Shown in pieces: positions 40,898 to 47,463 of a stretch of 47,463 bases of DNA. Each line of letters starts with the position of its first letter. Position 1 is the stretch's first letter. Source of the DNA: a virus; the IMG/VR virus record IMGVR_UViG_3300017963_000091; one strand, given 5' to 3'. The position numbers and the translations under genes are program-made. The notes under the pieces were generated by a model. The model made no database searches and had not been told where the DNA came from. It saw only the letters and a list, made by a program, of their open reading frames with translations.

Positions 40898-41272
40898 CTA
40901 TCCCTCCAAAAGTTCGCGCTTCCCGCGTGCCCACTTGACACACACAAGCGGCGCGGCGGGATGGTGTGTATTGAACAACTGCCGCTTCAGCTTGAAGTCC
41001 CGCGTCAACATGCCCTTTACGTCAATGTATTCGGGCCACAGGCTCGACCCCAGTTCTTCTTCGACCTCGTTATGCCACACGCAGAAGTCCAGCGTCCACC
41101 GGATGTGCCCCGGCAGCGTCACCGTAGGATGCACGTCAATGTGCAGCACGTCGCCGTCCTGCTCCATCTTGAGCATGTGCAGGTACGCGCATTCGCGGGC
41201 CTCCATCTTGGAATCGTGCGTGCGCCCGCAATGCGGGCAGTTGCGCACCCTTACGGCTCGGTACTTGTTCAC
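40898..41272 (-). CDS. DUF1064-like (PD-(D/E)XK-type) nuclease candidate (124 aa)
   Basis: NKYRAVRV ... HDSKMEARECAYLHMLKMEQDGDVL ... WTLDFCVW ... EYIDVKGMLTRDFKLKRQLF follows the DUF1064 pattern (NKY.A.K...FDS..E...L......G.I..L.....F.L ... DF.V ... D.KG..T..F..K..L). The GTG start overlaps the upstream TGA. Confidence 0.7.
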   Translation of the reverse strand: MNKYRAVRVRNCPHCGRTHDSKMEARECAYLHMLKMEQDGDVLHIDVHPTVTLPGHIRWTLDFCVWHNEVEEELGSSLWPEYIDVKGMLTRDFKLKRQLFNTHHPAAPLVCVKWARGKRELLEG

Positions 41273-42189
41273 TCGGGCATCTCCCTCACTCGCAGCGGTT
41301 CAGGCCACTCGGATACATCATGCGACACGCGCCAGCCGTCTTGTTGGCACAGATAATCCCATACGGCGGGAGAAATTGGCCAAGGCTTATCTTCTTCAAA
41401 GTAAGTGTCGTCTCTGGCGAAAAACAGTTTTGTTTTCGGCACCGGCACCTGCTTGACGTAGCACGGCAGCCGCGCAGCCTTGCATTGCTGCACCACATCG
41501 AGAATCCATTCCAACCGGCACGGGCGGCGCTTCGGGCCTGACTCACAGCCGATGGCGACCCAATCAAGTGTTTGTGGACGCAACGCATCCACGCCATTCC
41601 AGAACTCGTCCGTTCGTGCGGACAAGCTGTCGTTGCCATCCGCGTTACACAAATCCACCGGCCCAAGCATCGGCTCAAGGCTTATCCAACGCCGTCCCGG
41701 AACCTTGAGCAGTTCGGGTATCTTCGCGTCGGCCTCGGCTTGATTGCAGACCGTCACGCCGTTGATGACGTTCGGATAATCCGTTTCCAAGATGCCGCAG
41801 CCCGACCCCCTTCCGAACTTTTCAGCTAGGCGTTGCGGACGCTTCGTCAGCGTGAAAAAGGTGTGCCTACTTGCCTTCCCCATCGCGTGTAGGATTTCCC
41901 GTGCGCGGCCAGTACTTACGTCCGGGTGCATCCAGTCGCCCGTAAAGCAGACCAGAACACGGCGCGGCTTCAGCCAGTGCAGCGGCCAATCAAGCCGGTC
42001 CTCGTGGAACTGAATCTTGCTGAACGGGTGCGCGTACTGACGCGGCATCTTCTTGCCCGCGAGATACGCCTTGTGCCGCCGGTCGTGTTCCGCCTTCGCG
42101 TAGCAGTTGTCGCAACCGGGACTCCCGGAGTGCGTACACCCGGTTATGACCGTCCAGTTCTCGTCGCCGTAGTCAAATCCCGCGCTCAT
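41269..42189 (-). CDS. phage Gp37/Gp68 family (DUF5131-like) protein (306 aa)
   Basis: WTVITGCTHSGSPGCDNCYA ... LDWPLHWLKPRRVLVCFTGDWMHPDV ... HTFFTLTKRPQRL matches the family pattern (TGC...S.GC.NCYA ... P..W.KPR.IFV.S.SD..H ... H.F..LTKR). ATG 42189 overlaps the upstream TGA. Confidence 0.75.
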   Translation of the reverse strand: MSAGFDYGDENWTVITGCTHSGSPGCDNCYAKAEHDRRHKAYLAGKKMPRQYAHPFSKIQFHEDRLDWPLHWLKPRRVLVCFTGDWMHPDVSTGRAREILHAMGKASRHTFFTLTKRPQRLAEKFGRGSGCGILETDYPNVINGVTVCNQAEADAKIPELLKVPGRRWISLEPMLGPVDLCNADGNDSLSARTDEFWNGVDALRPQTLDWVAIGCESGPKRRPCRLEWILDVVQQCKAARLPCYVKQVPVPKTKLFFARDDTYFEEDKPWPISPAVWDYLCQQDGWRVSHDVSEWPEPLRVREMPE

Positions 42190-42875
42190 CGCACCGCTCC
42201 TTTCTGCATTTCGTTCCTCTGCTTCTGCAACGCCGCACGCCGCGCGTTCCGCATTAGCCGCCTGTCCTTGCCAGTCAGTTCCAACACGTTCAGCCCCGCC
42301 AGCCGCGAGGCGATTCGTGGTTCCCATCGGTCTATCTGCGCCAAGGATAGATTGCTCGTTACAATCGTCGGCTTGCAGTCGTTGATTCGCCGCGAGATGA
42401 TGTTGTAAAGTGTCTCGCGCCGCCAGTCCGTCTCGGCCTCCGACCCGATATCATCCAACACAAGGCCGATGACGCTGATGTATTTTGGAAGCACGCGCGG
42501 GCCGTCCCGCCGCCCGAATGACTCTTGCAGTTCCCGAAACAAGTCCGGCACGCTCACGAAAAGCGCGTCTGTCCAATAGTTCGGCACGCTCTTGCCCTTG
42601 GCGGCATCCCACCGCCCGCCCGTGATTCTCGCGGCGACATTTCGCTTCATCCAATCCTTCAGAATCGCTACGGCAAGGTGCGTCTTTCCAACGCCAACCG
42701 GGCCGGTGATGAACACCCCGCCGCGATCCTCGTAATGCCCGTCGCGCCGCAGTTCAAGCCCGGCATCCCAATACAGCTTCGGTATCCCGGCCCGCCGAAG
42801 AGACGCCTCATACCTCGACCGTCTCTCCGATGCCGTCAAACTTGCCGGGGTCTGACCTAACCCTGCGATGGACAT
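42186..42875 (-). CDS. DnaC/IstB-like AAA+ helicase-loader ATPase (229 aa)
   Basis: Walker A GPVGVGKTHLAVA, Walker B LVLDDIGSE, and sensor region PTIVTSNL. AAGGAGG precedes the ATG. Confidence 0.85.
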   Translation of the reverse strand: MSIAGLGQTPASLTASERRSRYEASLRRAGIPKLYWDAGLELRRDGHYEDRGGVFITGPVGVGKTHLAVAILKDWMKRNVAARITGGRWDAAKGKSVPNYWTDALFVSVPDLFRELQESFGRRDGPRVLPKYISVIGLVLDDIGSEAETDWRRETLYNIISRRINDCKPTIVTSNLSLAQIDRWEPRIASRLAGLNVLELTGKDRRLMRNARRAALQKQRNEMQKGAVR

Positions 42876-43581
42876 TCTTCGCCTCCTTGATAAGCGGCTT
42901 CAACACGTCCCACACGTCCTTGCCGATATTCGCTTCGTCCTGAATAGCCCCGGCGATTTGCTCAGTCGTTACGCCCTGCTCAAGAGCGGCGACGACGTGC
43001 TTGTGGATCGCCTTGAGCGACTGCGGGCATTTCAACTTCCGGTTCAACTCGCCTATCAGGAATCCGGCGTCCTGATTCGCGGCAGATGAACCCCTCTTTT
43101 CCCGACCGAATGAATCGGAGTCTGAAACCGGCGCGACGCGCCCTTGTTCTTTCTTTCCTTCTTTCTTTCCTTCTTTCTTTCCTTCCCGCGCGCGCGCGCG
43201 TAGAGCGGCATCGTCGTGCCGTTTCCAGGCACCCTCTTGCCGGATGTCGGAACTATCCAGCCAGCGGATACTTACAAGTCTTGGGAGCGCGGCGGCAATC
43301 GTTTTTTCCGGGAGTCGGGTAATCCGGGCCATTGAGCGGGGATCATGGGGGGTGCCGTTCGCCCGCATGAGGGTGCCGCGTGGTCGGCACTTGGATGCCA
43401 GAAGGATGAGGGCACAGCCTACGCCGTAGTGTGCCGCGCCGTCAGGATGGTCTACCAGTTCAGTATAGCCGTCGCCGTCCTGCGTGTTCGGCATCGGCAC
43501 CCATGCGAGGTCTTTGCGGTCGCGCGTGCGGTTATTCTCGTAGGTCTCATTCCAGTTCGCGATTCTATACAGCGTTGCCAT
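42808..43581 (-). CDS. replisome-organiser / replication-initiator-like protein (257 aa)
   Basis: A winged-helix-like N-terminal domain typical of phage replisome organisers, a low-complexity RARAREGKKEGKKEGKKE linker, and a position directly upstream of the DnaC-like loader. Confidence 0.55.
   Translation of the reverse strand: MATLYRIANWNETYENNRTRDRKDLAWVPMPNTQDGDGYTELVDHPDGAAHYGVGCALILLASKCRPRGTLMRANGTPHDPRSMARITRLPEKTIAAALPRLVSIRWLDSSDIRQEGAWKRHDDAALRARAREGKKEGKKEGKKEQGRVAPVSDSDSFGREKRGSSAANQDAGFLIGELNRKLKCPQSLKAIHKHVVAALEQGVTTEQIAGAIQDEANIGKDVWDVLKPLIKEAKNVHRRVRSDPGKFDGIGETVEV
43147..43200. repeat. 41-nt polypyrimidine tract (12-mer TTCTTTCTTTCC x3) abutting (CG)7
   Basis: 43147-43182 holds three exact 12-mers. 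The pure pyrimidine run extends to 43187. cgcgcgcgcgcgcg occupies 43187-43200. All lie inside the linker of the replisome-organiser gene. Confidence 0.9.
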
Positions 43582-43610
43582 GCTCCCCTCTCAATCGTTG
43601 TCACCGCTCA

Positions 43611-44066
43611 CTATTCTAACCCTTGGTTGAAGTCCACGCGGGGAAGGTGTTTGACTGAATCAATCACATTCCCGAAATGTGTCCGGCTCGCGGCCAGAAT
43701 GTTGTTGTCGCAGATAATGGGCCGCTGCTCCCAGCACGGTAGTTCTCGGAATGCGCCCTCAATCTTCGGCACGGCGCAAAATTCGCAGCGATTCGGGCAG
43801 CCCCGCGTTGTGAACGTAGCATCGTCGTTATGGATTGGCAGCGCGTGGATAGGGCATTCGCCGGGTGTTTCGGCCCATGTAATATGCTCCGGCGTGCCGG
43901 GGGCGTCGCATTGCGCCAAGTCTACCGCCGGGCCGCCCGCAACGACCCGCCCACGATGGTGCATGGCGCGGTGTTCCGCGTCTGGCAGTAGCCATGTGAA
44001 TGGAACGGATAGATAGAGTGTATCGCCGTCAATCCATTCCACTATTCGCTTCGCCCATTTCGTCAT
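43611..44066 (-). CDS. radical SAM N-terminal fragment (151 aa), probably truncated
   Basis: TRGCPNRCEFCAV (CX3CX2C) sits only ~55 aa before the stop. The ORF ends ...VDFNQGLE-TAG, where full-length relatives would continue. There is no continuation in any frame before the next gene. Confidence 0.55.
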   Translation of the reverse strand: MTKWAKRIVEWIDGDTLYLSVPFTWLLPDAEHRAMHHRGRVVAGGPAVDLAQCDAPGTPEHITWAETPGECPIHALPIHNDDATFTTRGCPNRCEFCAVPKIEGAFRELPCWEQRPIICDNNILAASRTHFGNVIDSVKHLPRVDFNQGLE

Positions 44067-44395
44067 GCCAGATCAATCCTGTGCGCGGGCCGACCTGTCA
44101 CCGGGCACGTCACGGTTTCCTTCTCGCGCTTGATTTTCCCCGCGCGCTCCAGGTCGCATAGTCGGCGCTGTACCATGTAGTAGTCCAGCCCCGTCCATTC
44201 CGCGATTTGCGCCGCCGTGGCGGGCAGCCGACCCCGCTCGGCACAATGCGCGATGGCCCACAGAACCAGCTTGGCCTGCCGACTGATCGCCCCGCTCCGG
44301 TTCAGCGCGTCGGCGTTCAGGTGGCTCGCCATCGGGTCCGAGCGGTGCGACATGGCAGAGCCTACGCGCTTCGGGAATAGCGTTGCCTGGGTCAT
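44063..44395 (-). CDS. winged-helix (MarR-like) DNA-binding protein (110 aa)
   Basis: AKLVLWAIAHCAERGRLPATAAQIAEWTGLDYYMVQRRLCDLERAGKIKRE. ATGA overlaps on both sides. Confidence 0.6.
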   Translation of the reverse strand: MTQATLFPKRVGSAMSHRSDPMASHLNADALNRSGAISRQAKLVLWAIAHCAERGRLPATAAQIAEWTGLDYYMVQRRLCDLERAGKIKREKETVTCPVTGRPAHRIDLA

Positions 44396-44574
44396 GGCGT
44401 GGCCTTATTCGCCCGCCGCGCTTGGGCTGCCGTCCTGGCGTCACATGGCGCGTGTCCCGGCCCGCTATGGACTTTCCACCAGATGTCGTCAATGCGCCTA
44501 GCCTCACTTTCCGGCATATCGGAATAGGCCCACCGCGCGCCGCATTTACAGCACATGGCCTTCTTTGTCATCAT
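44392..44574 (-). CDS. small Cys-containing protein (60 aa)
   Basis: GGAGGAAGAG precedes ATG 44574. MMTKKAMCCKCGARW...HAPC. Confidence 0.5.
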   Translation of the reverse strand: MMTKKAMCCKCGARWAYSDMPESEARRIDDIWWKVHSGPGHAPCDARTAAQARRANKATP

Positions 44575-44622
44575 CTCTTCCTCCGCATAACCCGGTTCCA
44601 TCGTCACACAGAATCTCGGTAC

Positions 44623-45387
44623 TCATATCTCCGCCCTCTCAAAAGTGAGCGCCCAGACGTATGGGTTCGCGGCCCAGCCGTAGCCGCGCTTGGCGTTTAT
44701 CTGATTCCAGAGCAACACGAAGGCACCGCGCGCCGTTGCTTGGCGTTCGCCGGGCGGCCAGTCCTCAAGGCCAAAGCGGTTCATTATCGGCCCCTGTTCA
44801 TATTTTCTGACGCCTTCCGCCAACACGTCTTCGGGCGTAATCTCCTGCACCTGCTCAACCCGCACGCCATTGTTGACAAGCAGAACCCGCGACGCCCACT
44901 TCGGCATGAACCGGCCAGAGAGGAACGCCGGGCGCGGTTTGGCGGACGGCATTCCAGCGTGTGTTTTTGGCACCCATTTACAGGAGCGATACCCGTCGGC
45001 GGCATATTCGGCAAGAACAGAATAACCAAGGGGTCCGGCGGGGTCGGACGTAATATAGACAACCCGGAACGCTTCCTGCAACCAGAGTCCGTCGCCGGGC
45101 ACGCCGTACGGGCAGTAATGTAGCCAGTCGTTCGGGATGAAGGGACCACAGCCCGTATGAACAATCTCGCGGTTGCGTTTGGCGTAAGTGTCATATCGAA
45201 GAGTGCCGTCCGGGTATGTTCCGATTTTTATGCGCTCGGGTGCGAATATCCGCCGGGTCTGACCCTTCCTGAACTCGCGCGACCCGCAATGCTCGCAGGG
45301 GAACGGTACGCTGATCTTCCCGCACTGCGCGCAGGTCAGGATCGCGCGGACCATCGGCGCGGAAAATAGAATCGGTCGCGATTTCAT
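44623..45387 (-). CDS. ASCH/PUA-like domain protein with an inserted zinc ribbon (254 aa)
   Basis: PILFSAPMVRAIL ... KGQTRR ... CPYGVPGDGLWLQE ... MPKWASRVLL ... VEQVQEITPEDVLAEG follows the common phage ASCH-like pattern. CAQCG...CEHCG is inserted after the first strand. Confidence 0.55.
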   Translation of the reverse strand: MKSRPILFSAPMVRAILTCAQCGKISVPFPCEHCGSREFRKGQTRRIFAPERIKIGTYPDGTLRYDTYAKRNREIVHTGCGPFIPNDWLHYCPYGVPGDGLWLQEAFRVVYITSDPAGPLGYSVLAEYAADGYRSCKWVPKTHAGMPSAKPRPAFLSGRFMPKWASRVLLVNNGVRVEQVQEITPEDVLAEGVRKYEQGPIMNRFGLEDWPPGERQATARGAFVLLWNQINAKRGYGWAANPYVWALTFERAEI

Positions 45388-45716
45388 GGCTTCTCCTGTC
45401 TTGCGTCGTGCAAGAACCCGGTGCGGTACATACGAGAGTCCATCCGCAGCCGCCTGTTCTCGGCCTCCAGCCGCTCGACTGCCTCGATAAGCGCGGGGGT
45501 GAACTCGTGGGCGGCGACCGCAAATTTTACATCGGCCTCATATGGGAAGTGCGCGTTGGCGCTGAACAGCACCCGGTCTTTACCGAGTTCATATAGGCAT
45601 AGAATTGTGGCGTCACCCTCGTATAGATCGCGTGCGTCGGCCCTGCCAGCGTGCCAGTTGGGCGTCGTCGCCGCATGTAGTATCTTGATTCGCTCAAGGT
45701 CTAGTGGCGGTGTCAT
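45384..45716 (-). CDS. hypothetical protein (110 aa)
   Basis: GGAGATAAGCC precedes the ATG. The stop overlaps the downstream ATG (ATGA). Confidence 0.6.
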   Translation of the reverse strand: MTPPLDLERIKILHAATTPNWHAGRADARDLYEGDATILCLYELGKDRVLFSANAHFPYEADVKFAVAAHEFTPALIEAVERLEAENRRLRMDSRMYRTGFLHDARQEKP

Positions 45717-45785
45717 GGCTTATCTCCAAGTGCAACCACGGCAATCGTCAATATCCAACAGTGTTCCGTGCGCATAACACGCCTC

Positions 45786-46733
45786 CTATTCCTGTACCGG
45801 CGGATACCTGTCGGGGTGCTTGTCCACTTCCGTCTGCCAGATGACGCCAGAGCAACCGCGCTCGACTTTCGCTTCCTTGTCCCAGTCGCTCTTGACGCAC
45901 TTGAAGGCGACCTTGCCGCCCCACTTGCGCTTATCGTTCATGTCTGCGCCGCATTCGGGACACTTCGGCGGCTGTGGGGTTTGCGGCGGCTTGCCGACCG
46001 CCTCGTTCTTGACTTCCAGCGCGGCCTTGTATAGCGCCGCGATCTCGGTGTCGTTCAGCTTATCCGTGCTGGTCTCCGGCGTGCCGCTGCGTTCACAGGC
46101 AAGGTTGAATTGCGCGTCATTCAACCAAGCCGGGTCTTCAAGGCGGGTTTTCATATCCTTTGGCGAGAGTTCGCCGACCGACTCATCAAAGAACTCGCGC
46201 ATTTCCTCGGTTGCCTCGTCTGGCGTGCGGGTGCGCGGTGCGGGTGTTGCCCTGCGCGGTTCTTTGCCCGTGTCATCGGGCGGCAAGGCCCATGCGGGCA
46301 GGGCCGGTATCGCGTTCCGGGCGATCACCCACGACCGCCCGCGTTTCTCAATCTCGACCCACTGGCTCGGCAGGTCGTAGAGATACCGCCCAATGCCGAA
46401 GCCCGATGCGGCCACACGCTTGAAGGCGTCGCTAATCCCGCCCTTCGTCGCCTCGATGTCCGTGGTGTCTGCCCCGTCCTCTTTATGCACCCAGCCGCCG
46501 TCCACACGCACACTGAGGCGGCAGAGCACGCCCTTTCCGTTCATCGTGCGATACTCCGCCGTCCAGCCGTCCCAGCCGAACACCTCGTCGAGGCGGCGTT
46601 GCACGGCGCGTGCATCGAGGTACGCCAACACGAGGCCGCGTTGCTTCGCCTCACTGGTGCTGCCGATGCGCCACTGCACGTCCTTCGCGGGAAACGGGCG
46701 CAACAACGCATCCCGCATTTCGGCTGTGTCCAT
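45786..46733 (-). CDS. Rad52/Rad22-family single-strand annealing protein with a C-terminal zinc ribbon (315 aa)
   Basis: FPAKDVQWRIG ... VLAYLDARAVQRRLDEVFGWDGW ... GGISDAFKRVAASGFGIGRYLY is the Rad52-like SSAP core. The C-terminus has CPECG...FKC. Confidence 0.8.
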   Translation of the reverse strand: MDTAEMRDALLRPFPAKDVQWRIGSTSEAKQRGLVLAYLDARAVQRRLDEVFGWDGWTAEYRTMNGKGVLCRLSVRVDGGWVHKEDGADTTDIEATKGGISDAFKRVAASGFGIGRYLYDLPSQWVEIEKRGRSWVIARNAIPALPAWALPPDDTGKEPRRATPAPRTRTPDEATEEMREFFDESVGELSPKDMKTRLEDPAWLNDAQFNLACERSGTPETSTDKLNDTEIAALYKAALEVKNEAVGKPPQTPQPPKCPECGADMNDKRKWGGKVAFKCVKSDWDKEAKVERGCSGVIWQTEVDKHPDRYPPVQE

Positions 46734-46744
46734 CGTGCTTCCTC

Positions 46745-47158
46745 CTATGGCATGTTATGCGCGCCGGGGCCGAGCGGGATTCCCGTTCTCTCGCTCCACG
46801 CCGCCCGCCGTCTGTATTGGCCCATGGCAAGCCGTTCGTCGAGCGTCGTGTTCTCGCGTTCGGCAAGCCAAGCCTCGTGTTGCGCACGCGCCAAACGCGC
46901 CTCGCGGACGCGGCGCGCGATTTGCCCGCGCTCGAACACGAATTGATACCACTCGTCCGGGTTCGCCCGGCAGGTGTCCGCAATGGTTTGTAAATCGCCG
47001 CCGAAGATTTCGTCTAGCTGTTGCCAGCGTCGCGGCGGAATCGGCGTGCGGCCCCTGCTTCGGGACACGCGCTCGCGGTAGTCGAGTTCGATCTGCGCTT
47101 CGCAGAACGCCGCGTCAGCCGCAGCGTCGCGTAGCGCGAGTTCGGTATCGGGCGTCAT
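46745..47158 (-). CDS. hypothetical protein (137 aa)
   Basis: ATG 47158..47156 overlaps the TGA of 47155..47463 (ATGA). The 235-aa ORF-track version adds an out-of-frame reading of the 33-bp repeats. Confidence 0.6.
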   Translation of the reverse strand: MTPDTELALRDAAADAAFCEAQIELDYRERVSRSRGRTPIPPRRWQQLDEIFGGDLQTIADTCRANPDEWYQFVFERGQIARRVREARLARAQHEAWLAERENTTLDERLAMGQYRRRAAWSERTGIPLGPGAHNMP

Positions 47159-47463
47159 TTCTTTCCCGCCTCCCGCATCCGCCACGCGCGCACAAACGCG
47201 GTGGCCTTCGCCTTCTCGTAGGCTTCCAACGCGGTGGCCTTCGCCTTCTCGTAGGCTTCCAACGCGGTGGCCCTCGCCTTCTCGTAGGCTTTCCACGCGG
47301 TGGCCTTCGCCTTCAGGTAGGCTTCCAACGCGGTGGCCTCCGCCGTCTCGTAGGCTTTCCACGCGGCACCTTTCAGCACCCGCTCCGCGAGCCAATGAAT
47401 GTTCAGTTTCAGTTCCACGGCGCGCGCCGCGTTCTTTTCGGTCACGCCGCACCCGTGCGGCCA
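47155..47463 (-). CDS. C-terminal part of the junction-spanning gene; protein with five 11-aa ALEAYEKAKAT-type repeats
   Basis: The frame is open from base 47463 (WPHGCGVTEKNAARAVELKLNIHWLAERVL...). The N-terminus is at 111..37 across the circular junction. The repeats are encoded by the 33-bp tandem array. Confidence 0.7.
   Translation of the reverse strand, partial: WPHGCGVTEKNAARAVELKLNIHWLAERVLKGAAWKAYETAEATALEAYLKAKATAWKAYEKARATALEAYEKAKATALEAYEKAKATAFVRAWRMREAGKK
47198..47362. repeat. 33-bp tandem repeat x5
   Basis: The unit is gcggtggccttcgccttctcgtaggcttccaac. Copies 1 and 2 are identical; copies 3-5 have a few substitutions. In frame within 47155..47463. Confidence 0.95.
47428..47463. 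repeat. 36-bp direct terminal repeat of the contig (copy 2)
   Basis: Identical to bases 1-36. Confidence 0.95.

Noticed and set aside
47198-47362. Possible CRISPR array (33-bp repeats)
   Set aside because: The units are contiguous with no spacers, lie in frame inside a CDS, and there are no cas genes. This is a coding tandem repeat.
46745-47452. 235-aa ORF with GEGHRV(G/E)SLRE repeats
   Set aside because: Its N-terminal 98 codons are an alternative-frame reading of the 33-bp tandem array. An ATGA junction at 47155-47158 splits the region cleanly into 47155..47463 (helical ALEAYEKAKAT repeats, continuing across the circular junction) and 46745..47158.
1-47463. tRNA/tmRNA genes, integrase/att sites, reverse transcriptase (DGR or retron), toxin-antitoxin pairs and known defence or anti-defence genes
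   Set aside because: I looked for cloverleaf-like ends (GGTTCGAATCC-type), YxDD boxes, and tyrosine/serine recombinase motifs in all listed ORFs and found none. This check was by eye only, not with a dedicated tool.

Overview
GC-rich 47,463-bp window that reads as a complete, circularly closed tailed-phage genome. Bases 1-36 repeat exactly at 47428-47463, giving a unique length of 47,427 bp, and one gene reads in frame across that junction. All but two genes lie on the minus strand and are tightly packed, with many ATGA/TGATG/TAATG start-stop overlaps. In minus-strand transcription order the layout is: (1) a ~730-bp non-coding control region (35978-36706); (2) small genes, a TerS-like gene, TerL, portal, scaffold, an HK97-type major capsid protein and capsid-region proteins; (3) enzyme island A, with a B12-binding radical SAM, a two-domain GT2, two class-I methyltransferases and a SPASM/twitch-like radical SAM; (4) an adaptor-like gene, a fibre-like gene and a protein with 79 consecutive threonines; (5) enzyme island B, with a signal-peptide metallophosphoesterase, a GT2 with a D-x-H motif, a methyltransferase and a GT-A-like protein; (6) tail fibre, a nozzle-like protein and Gly/Gln-rich internal-protein candidates including a 1335-aa protein (podovirus/T7-like order; no tape measure, tube or sheath seen); (7) a PurD-like ATP-grasp gene; (8) a lysis-like set of membrane proteins (a u-spanin-like protein and holin candidates) with no recognisable endolysin; (9) a metallophosphoesterase, a small HExxH protein and Zn-ribbon proteins; (10) a promoter- and terminator-rich, poorly coding region (710-1700); (11) after the wrap-around, a recombination/replication module with a Rad52-like SSAP, an ASCH-like protein, a wHTH protein, a truncated radical SAM, a replisome organiser, a DnaC-like loader, DUF5131-like and DUF1064-like proteins, many small Cys-rich ORFs and a sigma region-4-like protein. 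I saw no integrase, reverse transcriptase, DNA polymerase, tRNA or CRISPR array. The main lead is a putative virion glycosylation / post-translational modification system: the two enzyme islands sit inside the structural operon and flank the mucin-like poly-Thr protein. All functional calls rest on motifs read by eye from the translations. No database search was run.
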